Source: an uncultured Bacillota bacterium
Lineage (GTDB): Bacteria > Bacillota_I > Bacilli_A > RF39 > UBA660
Assembly (NCBI GenBank): GCA_905212975.1
Contig: CAJMGO010000004.1
Coordinates: forward strand, 4,044-68,043
DNA: 64,000 nucleotides
Direction: 5' to 3'
Shown: positions 1 to 9,016 of the stretch, one piece after another
Numbering within the stretch: the first letter of the stretch is position 1
Layout: each line of letters begins with the position of its first letter
Program-made: the position numbers and the translations under genes
Notes under the pieces: generated by a model
Seen by the model: the letters and a program-made list of their open reading frames with translations, nothing else
Database searches by the model: none
What the model was told of the DNA's origin: nothing

Positions 1-824
1 AAGAAGATACTGATAAAAAAGAAATACCACCACTTTTATTTAAAAAAAGTAATGGTGCATATCTTTATGCTTCAACAGATTTAGCAACACTTTTAGAAAG
101 AAAAAGAGATTATAATCCAGATCATGTACTTTATGTTACAGATTTAAGACAGGCACTTCATTTTGAACAAGTATTTAGAGTTTCAGATAAAGCAGGAATA
201 ATAAGCAAAGAAAAATTAGAACATCTTCCATATGGTACAGCAAATGGTCTTGATGGTAAACCATTTAAAACAAGAAATGGAGATAATCCAAAGCTTGAAA
301 ATTTATTTAATGAAGCAAAAGAAATTTTTAAATCAAAAAAAGAATCTAATTTAGATATGAGTGAATCAGATTTAGATAAAATAGTAAATAGTATTGTAAA
401 GTTTGCTGATTTACAAAACAATAGAGAAAGAGATTATATATTTGATATAAATAAATTTTCTGAGGTAGTTGGAAAAACTGGACCATATATTTTATATACA
501 TATCTTAGAATAAATAAAATAACAAAAAATGTTGACATAATATCAGATAATATTTATAATGATTCTGATAGAAATTTAAGATTAAAATTATTAGAATTAG
601 AACGTTCTGTAAAAAATGCATATATAAATAGAATGCCTAATTTTATAGCTGAATATTTATACGACTTATGTGTATGCGCTAATGCATTCTATCAAAATAA
701 TCATTTAAGTGATTTAGATGATGATACAAAAAGAAATGATTGGATGTATGTATTAAATTTAACTAATAAAGTTATAAAAGAAATGTTAAATCTATTAGTT
801 ATTGAAATACCTACAATAATGTAG
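1..824 (+). CDS. argS: Arginyl-tRNA synthetase, 3' portion (5' end lies outside the window)
   Basis: Frame 3 is open from nt 3. Translation LYASTDLATLLERKRDYNPDHVLYVTDLRQALHFEQVF matches the ArgRS catalytic core, followed by a DALR anticodon-binding domain. The protein ends in Met (IEIPTIM*), as is typical for ArgRS. Confidence 0.85.
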   Translation, partial: EDTDKKEIPPLLFKKSNGAYLYASTDLATLLERKRDYNPDHVLYVTDLRQALHFEQVFRVSDKAGIISKEKLEHLPYGTANGLDGKPFKTRNGDNPKLENLFNEAKEIFKSKKESNLDMSESDLDKIVNSIVKFADLQNNRERDYIFDINKFSEVVGKTGPYILYTYLRINKITKNVDIISDNIYNDSDRNLRLKLLELERSVKNAYINRMPNFIAEYLYDLCVCANAFYQNNHLSDLDDDTKRNDWMYVLNLTNKVIKEMLNLLVIEIPTIM

Positions 825-845
825 ATACTAGGGAGGAATTAACTT

Positions 846-1262
846 ATGAGTTTAAACAATTTAAAACAAGAAGACTTAGAAATAATGTCTAATACTGATA
901 TAGCTTACCACATTTTAAAAGAACATAATGCAATGACTACTGCTAATTTATTTAAAGAAATTTGTAATTTACTTGAATTAAGTGATGATGAATATGCAAA
1001 CAATATAGGAGATTTTTATACTGCACTAACAACAGATAAAAGATTTGTGCTTCTTGATACAAATGAATGGGATTTAAGAGATAAACATTCAGTTAAAATA
1101 GTAATGGAAGAAGAAGAGGAAGAAGAAGAGGAAACAGCTGATGAAGTTGAAGAATCAGCTGACGAAGATGACATTGATGAAGAAATGTTAGATGACGATT
1201 TGGATGATGATGATCTAGATGATTTATCAATAGTGAACGATGAAGAACTTGATGAAGAATAA
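846..1262 (+). CDS. rpoE: DNA-directed RNA polymerase delta subunit
   Basis: N-terminal HARE-HTH-like domain (NNIGDFYTALTTDKRFVLL resembles B. subtilis RpoE DRIAQFYTDLNIDGRFLAL) plus an extremely acidic poly-E/D C-terminal tail. RBS GGGAGGAA upstream. Confidence 0.85.
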   Translation: MSLNNLKQEDLEIMSNTDIAYHILKEHNAMTTANLFKEICNLLELSDDEYANNIGDFYTALTTDKRFVLLDTNEWDLRDKHSVKIVMEEEEEEEEETADEVEESADEDDIDEEMLDDDLDDDDLDDLSIVNDEELDEE

Positions 1263-1274
1263 GTTCTTTTTTTT
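1243..1274 (+). terminator. Rho-independent terminator of rpoE, overlapping its stop codon
   Basis: AAGAACTT-N10-AAGTTCTT hairpin followed by T7. Confidence 0.65.
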
Positions 1275-1278
1275 ATAT

Positions 1279-1303
1279 AAAAAAAATATGGAATTAACCA
1301 TAT
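1279..1303 (-). terminator. Terminator of the ZIP transporter gene (minus strand)
   Basis: ATATGG-aattaa-CCATAT hairpin followed by a U-run on the minus strand. Confidence 0.5.
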
Positions 1304-2101
1304 TTAACCTAAACCTACATCTAGTATCATCATTATAGAAAAACCAATTAAAGTAAATAGTGCCATTAAGTCTTTCTTTTTATTTGATTGACTTTCAGGT
1401 ATTAGTTCTTCAACAACTACATATATCATCGCTCCAGCAGCAAAAGCTAAAAGAAATGGAAGTAAAAATCTAACTTTTATAACTAATATAGCTCCAATAA
1501 TACTACTAATAGGCTCTACCAGTGCACTTAAACTTCCATAAATAAATGATTTTGTTCTAGAAAATCCCTCTCTTCTAAGAGGAACTGAAACAGCAGTTCC
1601 TTCAGGAAAATTTTGAAGTCCAATACCTAAAGCAAGCAAACATGCAGTACTAGTTGAAGCACCATCTAAACCATATGCAATAGAACCAAACGCAACACCA
1701 ACAGCTAATCCTTCTGGTATATTATGAAGAGTGATAGAAAACATAAGCATTAAACATCTTTTAAATTTAGTGTTTATTATCTTTTTCTTTTCACTTATCT
1801 TATCAAAAATTTTATCACCAATAAACAATAAAATTCCACCAAAAAGAAAACCAATAAGTGCAACAAGCCATGCAATCATATTTAAACTATTAGCCATTTC
1901 AATAGATGGAGAGAGAAGAGACCAAAATGATGCAGCAATCATTACTCCTGCAGAAAAGCCAAGCATTGCATCCATAATACTTTTATTTATTTTCTTAAAA
2001 AGAAATACAAATGAAGCACCAAATGCAGTAATACTAAATGTAAATAATCCAGCCATTAAAGCTTGAACTATGTGGTTTAATTCTAAAAACCAATTAAACA
2101 T
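1304..2101 (-). CDS. zupT: ZIP-family zinc transporter (ZupT-like)
   Basis: 265 aa polytopic membrane protein carrying the ZIP signature HNIPEGLAVGVAF and His-rich TM motifs. Confidence 0.8.
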   Translation of the reverse strand: MFNWFLELNHIVQALMAGLFTFSITAFGASFVFLFKKINKSIMDAMLGFSAGVMIAASFWSLLSPSIEMANSLNMIAWLVALIGFLFGGILLFIGDKIFDKISEKKKIINTKFKRCLMLMFSITLHNIPEGLAVGVAFGSIAYGLDGASTSTACLLALGIGLQNFPEGTAVSVPLRREGFSRTKSFIYGSLSALVEPISSIIGAILVIKVRFLLPFLLAFAAGAMIYVVVEELIPESQSNKKKDLMALFTLIGFSIMMILDVGLG

Positions 2102-2124
2102 AATATCACCTATATTCTAATTTA

Positions 2125-2571
2125 TTGTATGTAAAATATCTTAAATGGTTACTCTTGACAAAAAGTTCTAGGGGAGGGTACAATATAGAAAGAATAGTAG
2201 AAGAGGGTAACTATTTCTGTAGTGAAAATTCAATCTCTAGATTAGAAGGAAGAACAACATGTACTAATGGAAATGAAATAAATGCAAAAGTTGGATTTTT
2301 AAGAATGGGTGAAATGCTGTCTGGATATTCAGTTACAATGTTGACAAAAAATTATACCACAGAGTATTCTATTAAAGGTTTAAAAAGTTATTGGATTATT
2401 AATAAAGTAAGAAAAGATGCATATCAAATAAATAATGATGGTGTTACTATTGGGACGGATCCATCTGCTAAATATAATGCCGATACATCTATTCGCCCAG
2501 TTATAAAGGTAAAAAATGAAATTACTGTTATGGGTGGAAATGGTACATGGAATAATCCTTATGAAATATAA
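2125..2571 (+). CDS. Hypothetical protein; the true start is probably downstream of an internal sigma-A promoter
   Basis: ORF with no recognisable motifs. A near-consensus TTGACA-17-TACAAT promoter lies inside its 5' part (2155-2183), so the coding part may be only the last ~90 codons. Confidence 0.25.
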   Translation: MYVKYLKWLLLTKSSRGGYNIERIVEEGNYFCSENSISRLEGRTTCTNGNEINAKVGFLRMGEMLSGYSVTMLTKNYTTEYSIKGLKSYWIINKVRKDAYQINNDGVTIGTDPSAKYNADTSIRPVIKVKNEITVMGGNGTWNNPYEI

Positions 2572-2577
2572 TTTAAT

Positions 2578-2609
2578 AAAAAAAGTTATAACATTTATAA
2601 CTTTTTTTG
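2578..2609. terminator. Bidirectional terminator between convergent genes
   Basis: A-run, AGTTATAA-catt-TTATAACT, T-run. Confidence 0.6.
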
Positions 2610-3155
2610 TATATTATTATTATTATTTTTAAGATTATTTATATATTTTGTTAATATATTTATTAATGAATCAATACCTTTTTCTTTTGAACCTACTATA
2701 TTATATTCATTTATTTCTGATCCAGGAATAAATTGAATTAATTCAATATTTTCATGTTCTTCACTTAATAATTCCTCTGTCATTTGTAAATTAATAATAC
2801 CATCTTCAGCATAGTATATTCTATTTATATTTGGATTATTTTCTACATAATTACAAATTTGTTCCCATTTGCACAAATATGGATTATTGTATAGAGTATT
2901 ATTCTTATATATTTGATTATAACAATAGTTTGTATCTAATATAATATTTGTATCTTTTATATATTCTTGAATTTCATCTATGTACCTTTTTACAAATAAA
3001 TAATTATCTCCTGATATAAAATTAAAATATAGTATTTGATTATCACTTAGTTCTATTAGTTTATCTACTAATATTTTTATTTTTTCTTTTCTTAGGTTAA
3101 TATTTTCTTCATAACCATTAAATGTTCCTACAATATCACAAAAAAATACATTCAT
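2595..3155 (-). CDS. Hypothetical protein, possibly a HAD-like hydrolase fold with a degenerate motif I
   Basis: N-terminal FFCDIVGTF resembles HAD motif I (DxDGT) but lacks the second Asp. ISGDNY is GDxxND-like. Sits in an operon downstream of a TetR gene. Confidence 0.3.
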   Translation of the reverse strand: MNVFFCDIVGTFNGYEENINLRKEKIKILVDKLIELSDNQILYFNFISGDNYLFVKRYIDEIQEYIKDTNIILDTNYCYNQIYKNNTLYNNPYLCKWEQICNYVENNPNINRIYYAEDGIINLQMTEELLSEEHENIELIQFIPGSEINEYNIVGSKEKGIDSLINILTKYINNLKNNNNNIQKKL

Positions 3156-3170
3156 AATTTTTCTTCCTTT

Positions 3171-3731
3171 CTATAGATTATCTGGTATTAATTTATCTAA
3201 ATAATTTACTAAATCTTCTTTACTATATTTATTTTCATTTTTTAGCCATTCTATACCAACATTAAATACTGCACCTAAATAAAACTTTGAAATAATTTCA
3301 ACAGGTATAGTTTTATTTTTAAATTCTATATCATTTAATCTTTTTGTTACCTCATGATTCAATACATCATATATGATATCCATAGTAATACTATTTCTGT
3401 TATTTATCATAGCAGATATATATATATTCCTTTTTTCATCAATATGATTAAAGAAAAGTTTTATTAATTCAATATAATATTGTTTAGTATTATTTATATT
3501 TTTATTTTTCGATAATTCTTCAATAAGTGAATCCTTTAAAGTATTAATATATTCTTCTAATAATTCATATTTATCATTATAATGAGAATAAAATGTTGAT
3601 CTATTTATTAGAGCATGAGAACAAATATCTGATACTTTTATTTCTTCAAATTGTTTTTCTTTCATTAATTCAAGTAAAGTTGAATATAATATATTTTTAG
3701 TTTTAATAACACGTAAATCATTCTTTTCCAT
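3171..3731 (-). CDS. TetR/AcrR family transcriptional regulator
   Basis: N-terminal HTH LRVIKTKNILYSTLLELMKEKQFEEIKVSDICSHALINRSTFYSHY is the TetR_N signature. Divergent from the MMPL transporter gene. Confidence 0.8.
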   Translation of the reverse strand: MEKNDLRVIKTKNILYSTLLELMKEKQFEEIKVSDICSHALINRSTFYSHYNDKYELLEEYINTLKDSLIEELSKNKNINNTKQYYIELIKLFFNHIDEKRNIYISAMINNRNSITMDIIYDVLNHEVTKRLNDIEFKNKTIPVEIISKFYLGAVFNVGIEWLKNENKYSKEDLVNYLDKLIPDNL

Positions 3732-3789
3732 ATAACCACCACATTAATTATAAAATAGAAAATATGATTTGTAAAGATAATAAACACTA

Positions 3790-3850
3790 TGTAGCTTATT
3801 TATACATACGTTTTTAACAAAGTGTTGTTTATTTATACGTATTTTTTATT
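3790..3850. promoter_or_regulatory. Divergent promoter/operator region with two TTTATAC(A)TACGT half-sites, a candidate TetR operator
   Basis: Repeated TTTATACATACGT and TTTATACGTAT (palindromic core ATACGTAT) between the divergent TetR and MMPL genes. Confidence 0.3.
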
Positions 3851-3909
3851 ATGTTGGTGTATTTTTTTAGAAAAAAGAATACAATTCTTTTGATGAATGG
3901 AGGAATAAT

Positions 3910-6900
3910 ATGAAAAAGTTTTCAAATTTTGTGTGTAAAAACAGAATAGCAATTTTGATTGTTTGTTCATTTTTATTTGTATTTTCAATAATAGGTACTA
4001 AAATGACAAAAATCAATTATGATATTTTAGTTTACTTACCAAAAGATATTGAAACAGTAAAAGGTCAAGATATAATGACAGATGAATTTGGTATGGGTGC
4101 ATATTCTGTTGTTATGACTGATAATATGAGTTCTAAAGAAATTTTAGAATTGGAAGAAAAATTTAGAAATATTGATGGAGTAAGTAAAGTTATAAGTGCT
4201 TATGATGTAATAGGTACTAATATTCCAATAAATATGCTTCCAAATAATATAAGTTCAAAACTTAATAAAGATTCTACTGATTTGTTATTTGTTACATTCG
4301 ATGAATCTACATCATCTATTAAAACTATAGATGCTATAAGAGAAATGAAAAAAATAAACAAAGACGATGTTAGTATAAGTGGTATGAGTTCTATGGTATT
4401 AGATACTATGGATTTATCAGAAAGAGAAATATTTATATATGTTGTAATAGCTGTTATTTTATGCTTACTTGTTCTTGAACTTTCTTTGGATTCTTATTTA
4501 GTACCAGTATTATTGTTAGCAAATATTGGTATAGCTATTTTATATAATTTAGGATCAAATATTATATTTGGAGAAATATCTTATATAACAAAAGCATTGG
4601 TTGCCGTATTACAACTTGGTGTTACAACTGACTTTTCTATATTCTTATATCACTCATATGAAAATAAGAAGAAAGATATAAAAGATAAAAATGAAGCAAT
4701 GAGTGAAGCAATATGTGAAACATTTATATCAGTAACTGGTAGTTCACTTACAACAATTGTTGGATTTCTAGTTCTTTGTACAATGAATTTAACTCTTGGT
4801 AAAGATTTAGGGCTTGTAATGGCTAAAGGTGTATTTTTAGGAGTAGTATGTGTTTTAACTTTGTTCCCAAGTTTACTTCTTACATTTGATTCACTAATAG
4901 AGAAAACTAAACATAAAGCTATTAAATTTAGTTTTAAAGGAATAAATAAATTTGTAATTAAACATTATAAAGCAATATTTATTGTATTTATTATATTGCT
5001 TATACCACTTTATAAAGCAAATAGTAAGGTAAGTGTTTATTATAAAATTGATGAAAGTTTACCAAAAAATTTACATAGTATAGTAGCTAATGAAAAATTA
5101 AAAGAAAAATTTAATATAGTTTCTGCAGAAATTATATTAGTTGATAAAAATATGAAAGCATCTGATCAAGAAAAGATGGTATCAGAAATAGAATCATTAG
5201 ATGGCATTGATTTTGTATTATCATTTTCTAAAGTAGAAGAACTTGGTATAACAAGAAATATGTTAAGTGATGATTTATTAAAAGTATTTGAAAGTGATAA
5301 ATATCAAATGATGTTATTAAATTCTGAATATGATGTCGCTACAGATGAATTAAATAATCAAGTAGATAGTATTAATACAATAATAAAAAAATATGATAAA
5401 AATGCTATATTAGCTGGAGAAGGTCCGCTAATGAAAGATTTAGTTACAATAAGTGATGAAGATTTTAATAGTGTAAATACATCTTCTATATTCTTTATAT
5501 TAATAGTAATGTTATTTGTTCTAAAATCAGTATCACTTCCAATATTATTGATTTTAGCAATAGAAGCTGCAATATTTACAAATATGGGAATATCTTATTT
5601 TTCAGGTTCAGTACTTCCTTTTGTAGCGCCAATAGTTCTTGGAACAATTCAACTTGGAGCAACAATTGATTATGCAATTCTATTGACTACTAATTTTATT
5701 AATTTAAGAAAACAAGGAAATAACAAATTTGAAGCTATAGAAAAATCATTAGATTATTGTTCTAATTCGATATTTGTAAGTGGAATGTGTTTCTTTGCAG
5801 CAACATTTGGTGTTGGTTTATATTCTGATCTAGAAATGGTTGGATCATTATGTACATTAATATCTAGAGGTGCAATTATAAGTATGATAGTTGTTATAAC
5901 TGTACTTCCTTCAATATTATTAGTTTTTGATAAATTAATAATAAAAACTACTTTGGGTATGAAAGGAATGAATAAAATGAAAAAGAAAACAATAAATAAA
6001 GCGAAAAAAGTACTTGCTGCTTTTCTAATTACTTCATGTGCATTATTACCAAATGTATCTTATGCACTAACAAAAGAAGAAACTGTATATGCTAAATTAA
6101 ATAGTGATGGTAGTGTAAAATCTACTACTGTAAATGAACATCTAATAAATGATGAAAAATTAGATTCAATTATTGATTATTCAGATTTAGAGAATATTAC
6201 TAATACTAATAGTAATAATAAATTTAAATCAGAAAATACTCTTTTAACTTGGGATGCTAAAGGAGAAGATATATTTTATCAAGGTACAACAAAAAAACAA
6301 TTACCTATAACTGAATCTGTTACTTATAAATTAAATGGTGAAGAAAAAGATTTAAAAGACATATTAGGTAAAAGTGGGAATATTGAGATAAATATTACTT
6401 ACACAAATTTAGATAAACATAATAAATATATAAATGGAAGATATGAAAATTTATATACTCCTTTTGTTGTAGCTACATCTACAGTTATACCAGTAGAAAA
6501 TAATAGTGATGTAACAATAACTAATGGTAAGGTTGTAAATAATGGAAACTCTTATGTATTAGTAGGTTTATCATCACCAGGCCTTTATGAAAGTACTCGT
6601 ATAAATGATTTAAAAGATTTTAATAAAATAACTATAAAATATAATACTAAAAATTTTGAATTATCATCAATTTATTCAATTATTACTCCAAAATTAATAA
6701 GTAGTAAAGATATAAACAGTTTAGTTAACTTAAATTCTTTATACAGTAGTGTAGAATTATTACAATCTTCAATTGATAAAATAGAAGAAGGTTCAAAAAA
6801 AGCTTTAGATGGTATAACTAGTGTTGAAGATGGAAGTATTAAAATAAATGATAACTTAAAAATTGTATCACAAAAATTAGATGAAATAAAAAATGGTAGT

Positions 6901-7701
6901 ATTTCAGTAGATAATGGATTAGAACAAATAATACAACAATTAGATAAATCAAGTGAAGTTTTAAATAATAAAGAGACATTGCAAAATATTGAAAATATGA
7001 AATTATTAATATCAAAGAATGAAGAAGTTATAAAATCTCTTGAAACATCAACAAGTTCATTGAAAGAAAATTATACTAAATATGCTTTAGCAAATAAAAC
7101 ATATGAAGAAATATTAAATGCTCCAACAGAAATAGATTTATATAATATTAAATTTACTTATGAAAATACATATTCAAAAAATGTTGAAATGTTAACTCTT
7201 TTAAAAACAAATAATGAAGCTTTAAAAACATCTTTAAATACATTTAATGAAGTTAATACAAAAATAACTACAACAATAACAACATTAAAAACATATTTAA
7301 ACCAAATAAAAATAGGAACAAGTAAATTATCATCAGGTACTTCTCAATTAAGTAGTGGAATGACTACACTAAGTGGTAAGATGAATGAACTTACAGCTGG
7401 TACAACAAACCTTAAAAATGGAATGACTACTTTAAATGATGGAATAGTAACATTTAATAATGATGGTATAAAGAAATTATCAAGTATGAGTAATACATTA
7501 AAAACATACTCTACAAGAGTAAATTCACTAGTTAAATTAAGTGAAGAATATAAAACAATGAATTTAAGTGGTGATAATGAAGCTAGTAGTAAATTTATAC
7601 TTGTAATAGATGGTGAAAAGAAAGAAAACAAAGTAACTAAAAAAGAAGAATCAGCAAAAAAAGAAACCATTGCTGATAGAACAAAAAAATTATTTAAATA
7701 A
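3910..7701 (+). CDS. MMPL-family (RND-like) membrane transporter fused to a large C-terminal YhgE/Pip-like repeat domain
   Basis: 1263 aa. N-terminal ~700 aa has two 6-TM bundles typical of MMPL. The C-terminal ~550 aa is Ser/Thr/Asn-rich with repeated ...LSSGTSQLSSGMTTLSGKMNELTAGTTNLKNGMTTLNDG... motifs characteristic of YhgE/Pip (phage infection protein) domains. Confidence 0.7.
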   Translation: MKKFSNFVCKNRIAILIVCSFLFVFSIIGTKMTKINYDILVYLPKDIETVKGQDIMTDEFGMGAYSVVMTDNMSSKEILELEEKFRNIDGVSKVISAYDVIGTNIPINMLPNNISSKLNKDSTDLLFVTFDESTSSIKTIDAIREMKKINKDDVSISGMSSMVLDTMDLSEREIFIYVVIAVILCLLVLELSLDSYLVPVLLLANIGIAILYNLGSNIIFGEISYITKALVAVLQLGVTTDFSIFLYHSYENKKKDIKDKNEAMSEAICETFISVTGSSLTTIVGFLVLCTMNLTLGKDLGLVMAKGVFLGVVCVLTLFPSLLLTFDSLIEKTKHKAIKFSFKGINKFVIKHYKAIFIVFIILLIPLYKANSKVSVYYKIDESLPKNLHSIVANEKLKEKFNIVSAEIILVDKNMKASDQEKMVSEIESLDGIDFVLSFSKVEELGITRNMLSDDLLKVFESDKYQMMLLNSEYDVATDELNNQVDSINTIIKKYDKNAILAGEGPLMKDLVTISDEDFNSVNTSSIFFILIVMLFVLKSVSLPILLILAIEAAIFTNMGISYFSGSVLPFVAPIVLGTIQLGATIDYAILLTTNFINLRKQGNNKFEAIEKSLDYCSNSIFVSGMCFFAATFGVGLYSDLEMVGSLCTLISRGAIISMIVVITVLPSILLVFDKLIIKTTLGMKGMNKMKKKTINKAKKVLAAFLITSCALLPNVSYALTKEETVYAKLNSDGSVKSTTVNEHLINDEKLDSIIDYSDLENITNTNSNNKFKSENTLLTWDAKGEDIFYQGTTKKQLPITESVTYKLNGEEKDLKDILGKSGNIEINITYTNLDKHNKYINGRYENLYTPFVVATSTVIPVENNSDVTITNGKVVNNGNSYVLVGLSSPGLYESTRINDLKDFNKITIKYNTKNFELSSIYSIITPKLISSKDINSLVNLNSLYSSVELLQSSIDKIEEGSKKALDGITSVEDGSIKINDNLKIVSQKLDEIKNGSISVDNGLEQIIQQLDKSSEVLNNKETLQNIENMKLLISKNEEVIKSLETSTSSLKENYTKYALANKTYEEILNAPTEIDLYNIKFTYENTYSKNVEMLTLLKTNNEALKTSLNTFNEVNTKITTTITTLKTYLNQIKIGTSKLSSGTSQLSSGMTTLSGKMNELTAGTTNLKNGMTTLNDGIVTFNNDGIKKLSSMSNTLKTYSTRVNSLVKLSEEYKTMNLSGDNEASSKFILVIDGEKKENKVTKKEESAKKETIADRTKKLFK

Positions 7702-7727
7702 AAGACTTCTAAAAAAGTCTTTTTTTT
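7701..7727 (+). terminator. Terminator of the MMPL gene
   Basis: AAAGACTT-ctaaaa-AAGTCTTT followed by T8. Confidence 0.7.
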
Positions 7728-7735
7728 GCTATAAT
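7727..7735 (+). promoter_or_regulatory. Extended -10 promoter (TGCTATAAT) for the LRR/radical-SAM operon
   Basis: TGnTATAAT lies immediately after the upstream terminator and 19 nt before the AGGTGAG RBS and ATG at 7754. Confidence 0.5.
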
Positions 7736-7753
7736 CAATAATAGGTGAGAATT

Positions 7754-9016
7754 ATGTTTAATATTATATTTATAGTAGTTATTATTTTTATTATTGTAAA
7801 GCAGGTAAAATCTTCATCAAAAATAGATTCAAGTCCTGTTACAATGGGTAATATTAAAATACAAAATAGTTCACAATATACTCTTAATCCAATATATAAC
7901 TTAAATGATAAGCAATTACTTGAACAAATGGTAAGAAGTGAATTAAAAAAACAAAATGTTGAAAAGATAAAATTGAAATCCGTTGAGAATATTAAAATTA
8001 TATTAACTTGTATTTTTTCTTTATTAAATATTGTTTTTATTTGTTGTATATTTTTTCATACATTTTCTTATAAATATTTATTTGAAATTTTAAATATAAT
8101 AGTGTATATAATTATGATGAATAAAGTAAATACAGTAAGTTATTTAAAAAAACAAATTAAAGCAAGACCAGATGAAAAAATATCTTATATTATATCTTCA
8201 AAAGTTCAAGGCTCAGGTAAATCTTTACTATTTATAAGAATGATTATAATTATTGTTAGCTTTTTTTCAATTCTATTTTTTATAAAGCCACATACTTTTT
8301 ATGAAAAGACAGATGAAGGATATTATGTAAGATTTTATACATATGGAATCACTAATTTTGAAACAGTTACGATTCCATCTACATATAAAAATGAAAAAGT
8401 TATTGGAATAAGAGGAAAAGTATTCAGTAATATGAAACTTATAAAAGAAATTAATTTACCTGATTCTATTGAAGTTATAAGAGGAAGAGCATTTGAAAAT
8501 GACTATTCTTTGGAAAAGATTAATTTACCTAAAAATTTAACATATTTAGGTGGTAGTGCATTTAAGAATTGTAGCTCTCTTATATCAATAGAGATACCTA
8601 GTGGTGTTAAAGAAATAAATGGTAGTACTTTTGAAGGATGTTCAAGTTTAAAATATGTTAAATTACATGATAATATAACATCTATACATGGTTCAGTATT
8701 TAAAAATTGTTCAGATTTAGAAGAAATAAAATTACCAAAAAATATTACAGAAATAAGAGGTAATACTTTTGAAGAATGTACATCTCTTAAATCAATTGAT
8801 ATACCATATGGTGTTACAAGAATAGGTGGGCATGCATTTTACGGTTGTACTAATTTAAGGAGTGTTAAAGTTCCATCTACGGTTAAGGAAATAGGAAGTT
8901 CAGCATTTAGAAAGTGTCTTTCTTTAGATATTATTAATATCCCAGAAGATACAATTGTAAATGATAGAGCATTTAAAGAAAGTCCAACATTGGTATATAG
9001 GTATCAAGATGAGTAA
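7754..9016 (+). CDS. Membrane-anchored BspA-type leucine-rich-repeat (LRR_5) protein
   Basis: N-terminal ~200 aa contain about four hydrophobic TM segments. The C-terminal ~200 aa hold about eight tandem ~23 aa repeats (INLPxxLTYLGGSAFKNCSSL / IPSGVKEINGSTFEGCSSL ...). Start taken at ATG 7754 (RBS AGGTGAG) rather than the GTG at 7745. Confidence 0.65.
   Translation: MFNIIFIVVIIFIIVKQVKSSSKIDSSPVTMGNIKIQNSSQYTLNPIYNLNDKQLLEQMVRSELKKQNVEKIKLKSVENIKIILTCIFSLLNIVFICCIFFHTFSYKYLFEILNIIVYIIMMNKVNTVSYLKKQIKARPDEKISYIISSKVQGSGKSLLFIRMIIIIVSFFSILFFIKPHTFYEKTDEGYYVRFYTYGITNFETVTIPSTYKNEKVIGIRGKVFSNMKLIKEINLPDSIEVIRGRAFENDYSLEKINLPKNLTYLGGSAFKNCSSLISIEIPSGVKEINGSTFEGCSSLKYVKLHDNITSIHGSVFKNCSDLEEIKLPKNITEIRGNTFEECTSLKSIDIPYGVTRIGGHAFYGCTNLRSVKVPSTVKEIGSSAFRKCLSLDIINIPEDTIVNDRAFKESPTLVYRYQDE

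Noticed and set aside
7344-7670. Antisense and shadow ORFs listed in the six-frame track inside confident genes (for example 7344-7670, 1731-2066, 10127-10405, 14817-15002, 15398-15796, 21114-21314, 25267-25458, 28394-28582, 29589-29828, 31304-31711, 32144-32413, 45417-45599, 46838-47095, 51550-51876, 53323-53609, 54356-54577, 57876-58058, 59205-59459, 61214-61465, 63171-63377, 63465-63785)
   Set aside because: They lie wholly within well-supported genes on the opposite strand or in another frame. They have the Phe/Leu/Ile/Ser-rich translations typical of reverse frames in AT-rich DNA, and they lack RBS signals.
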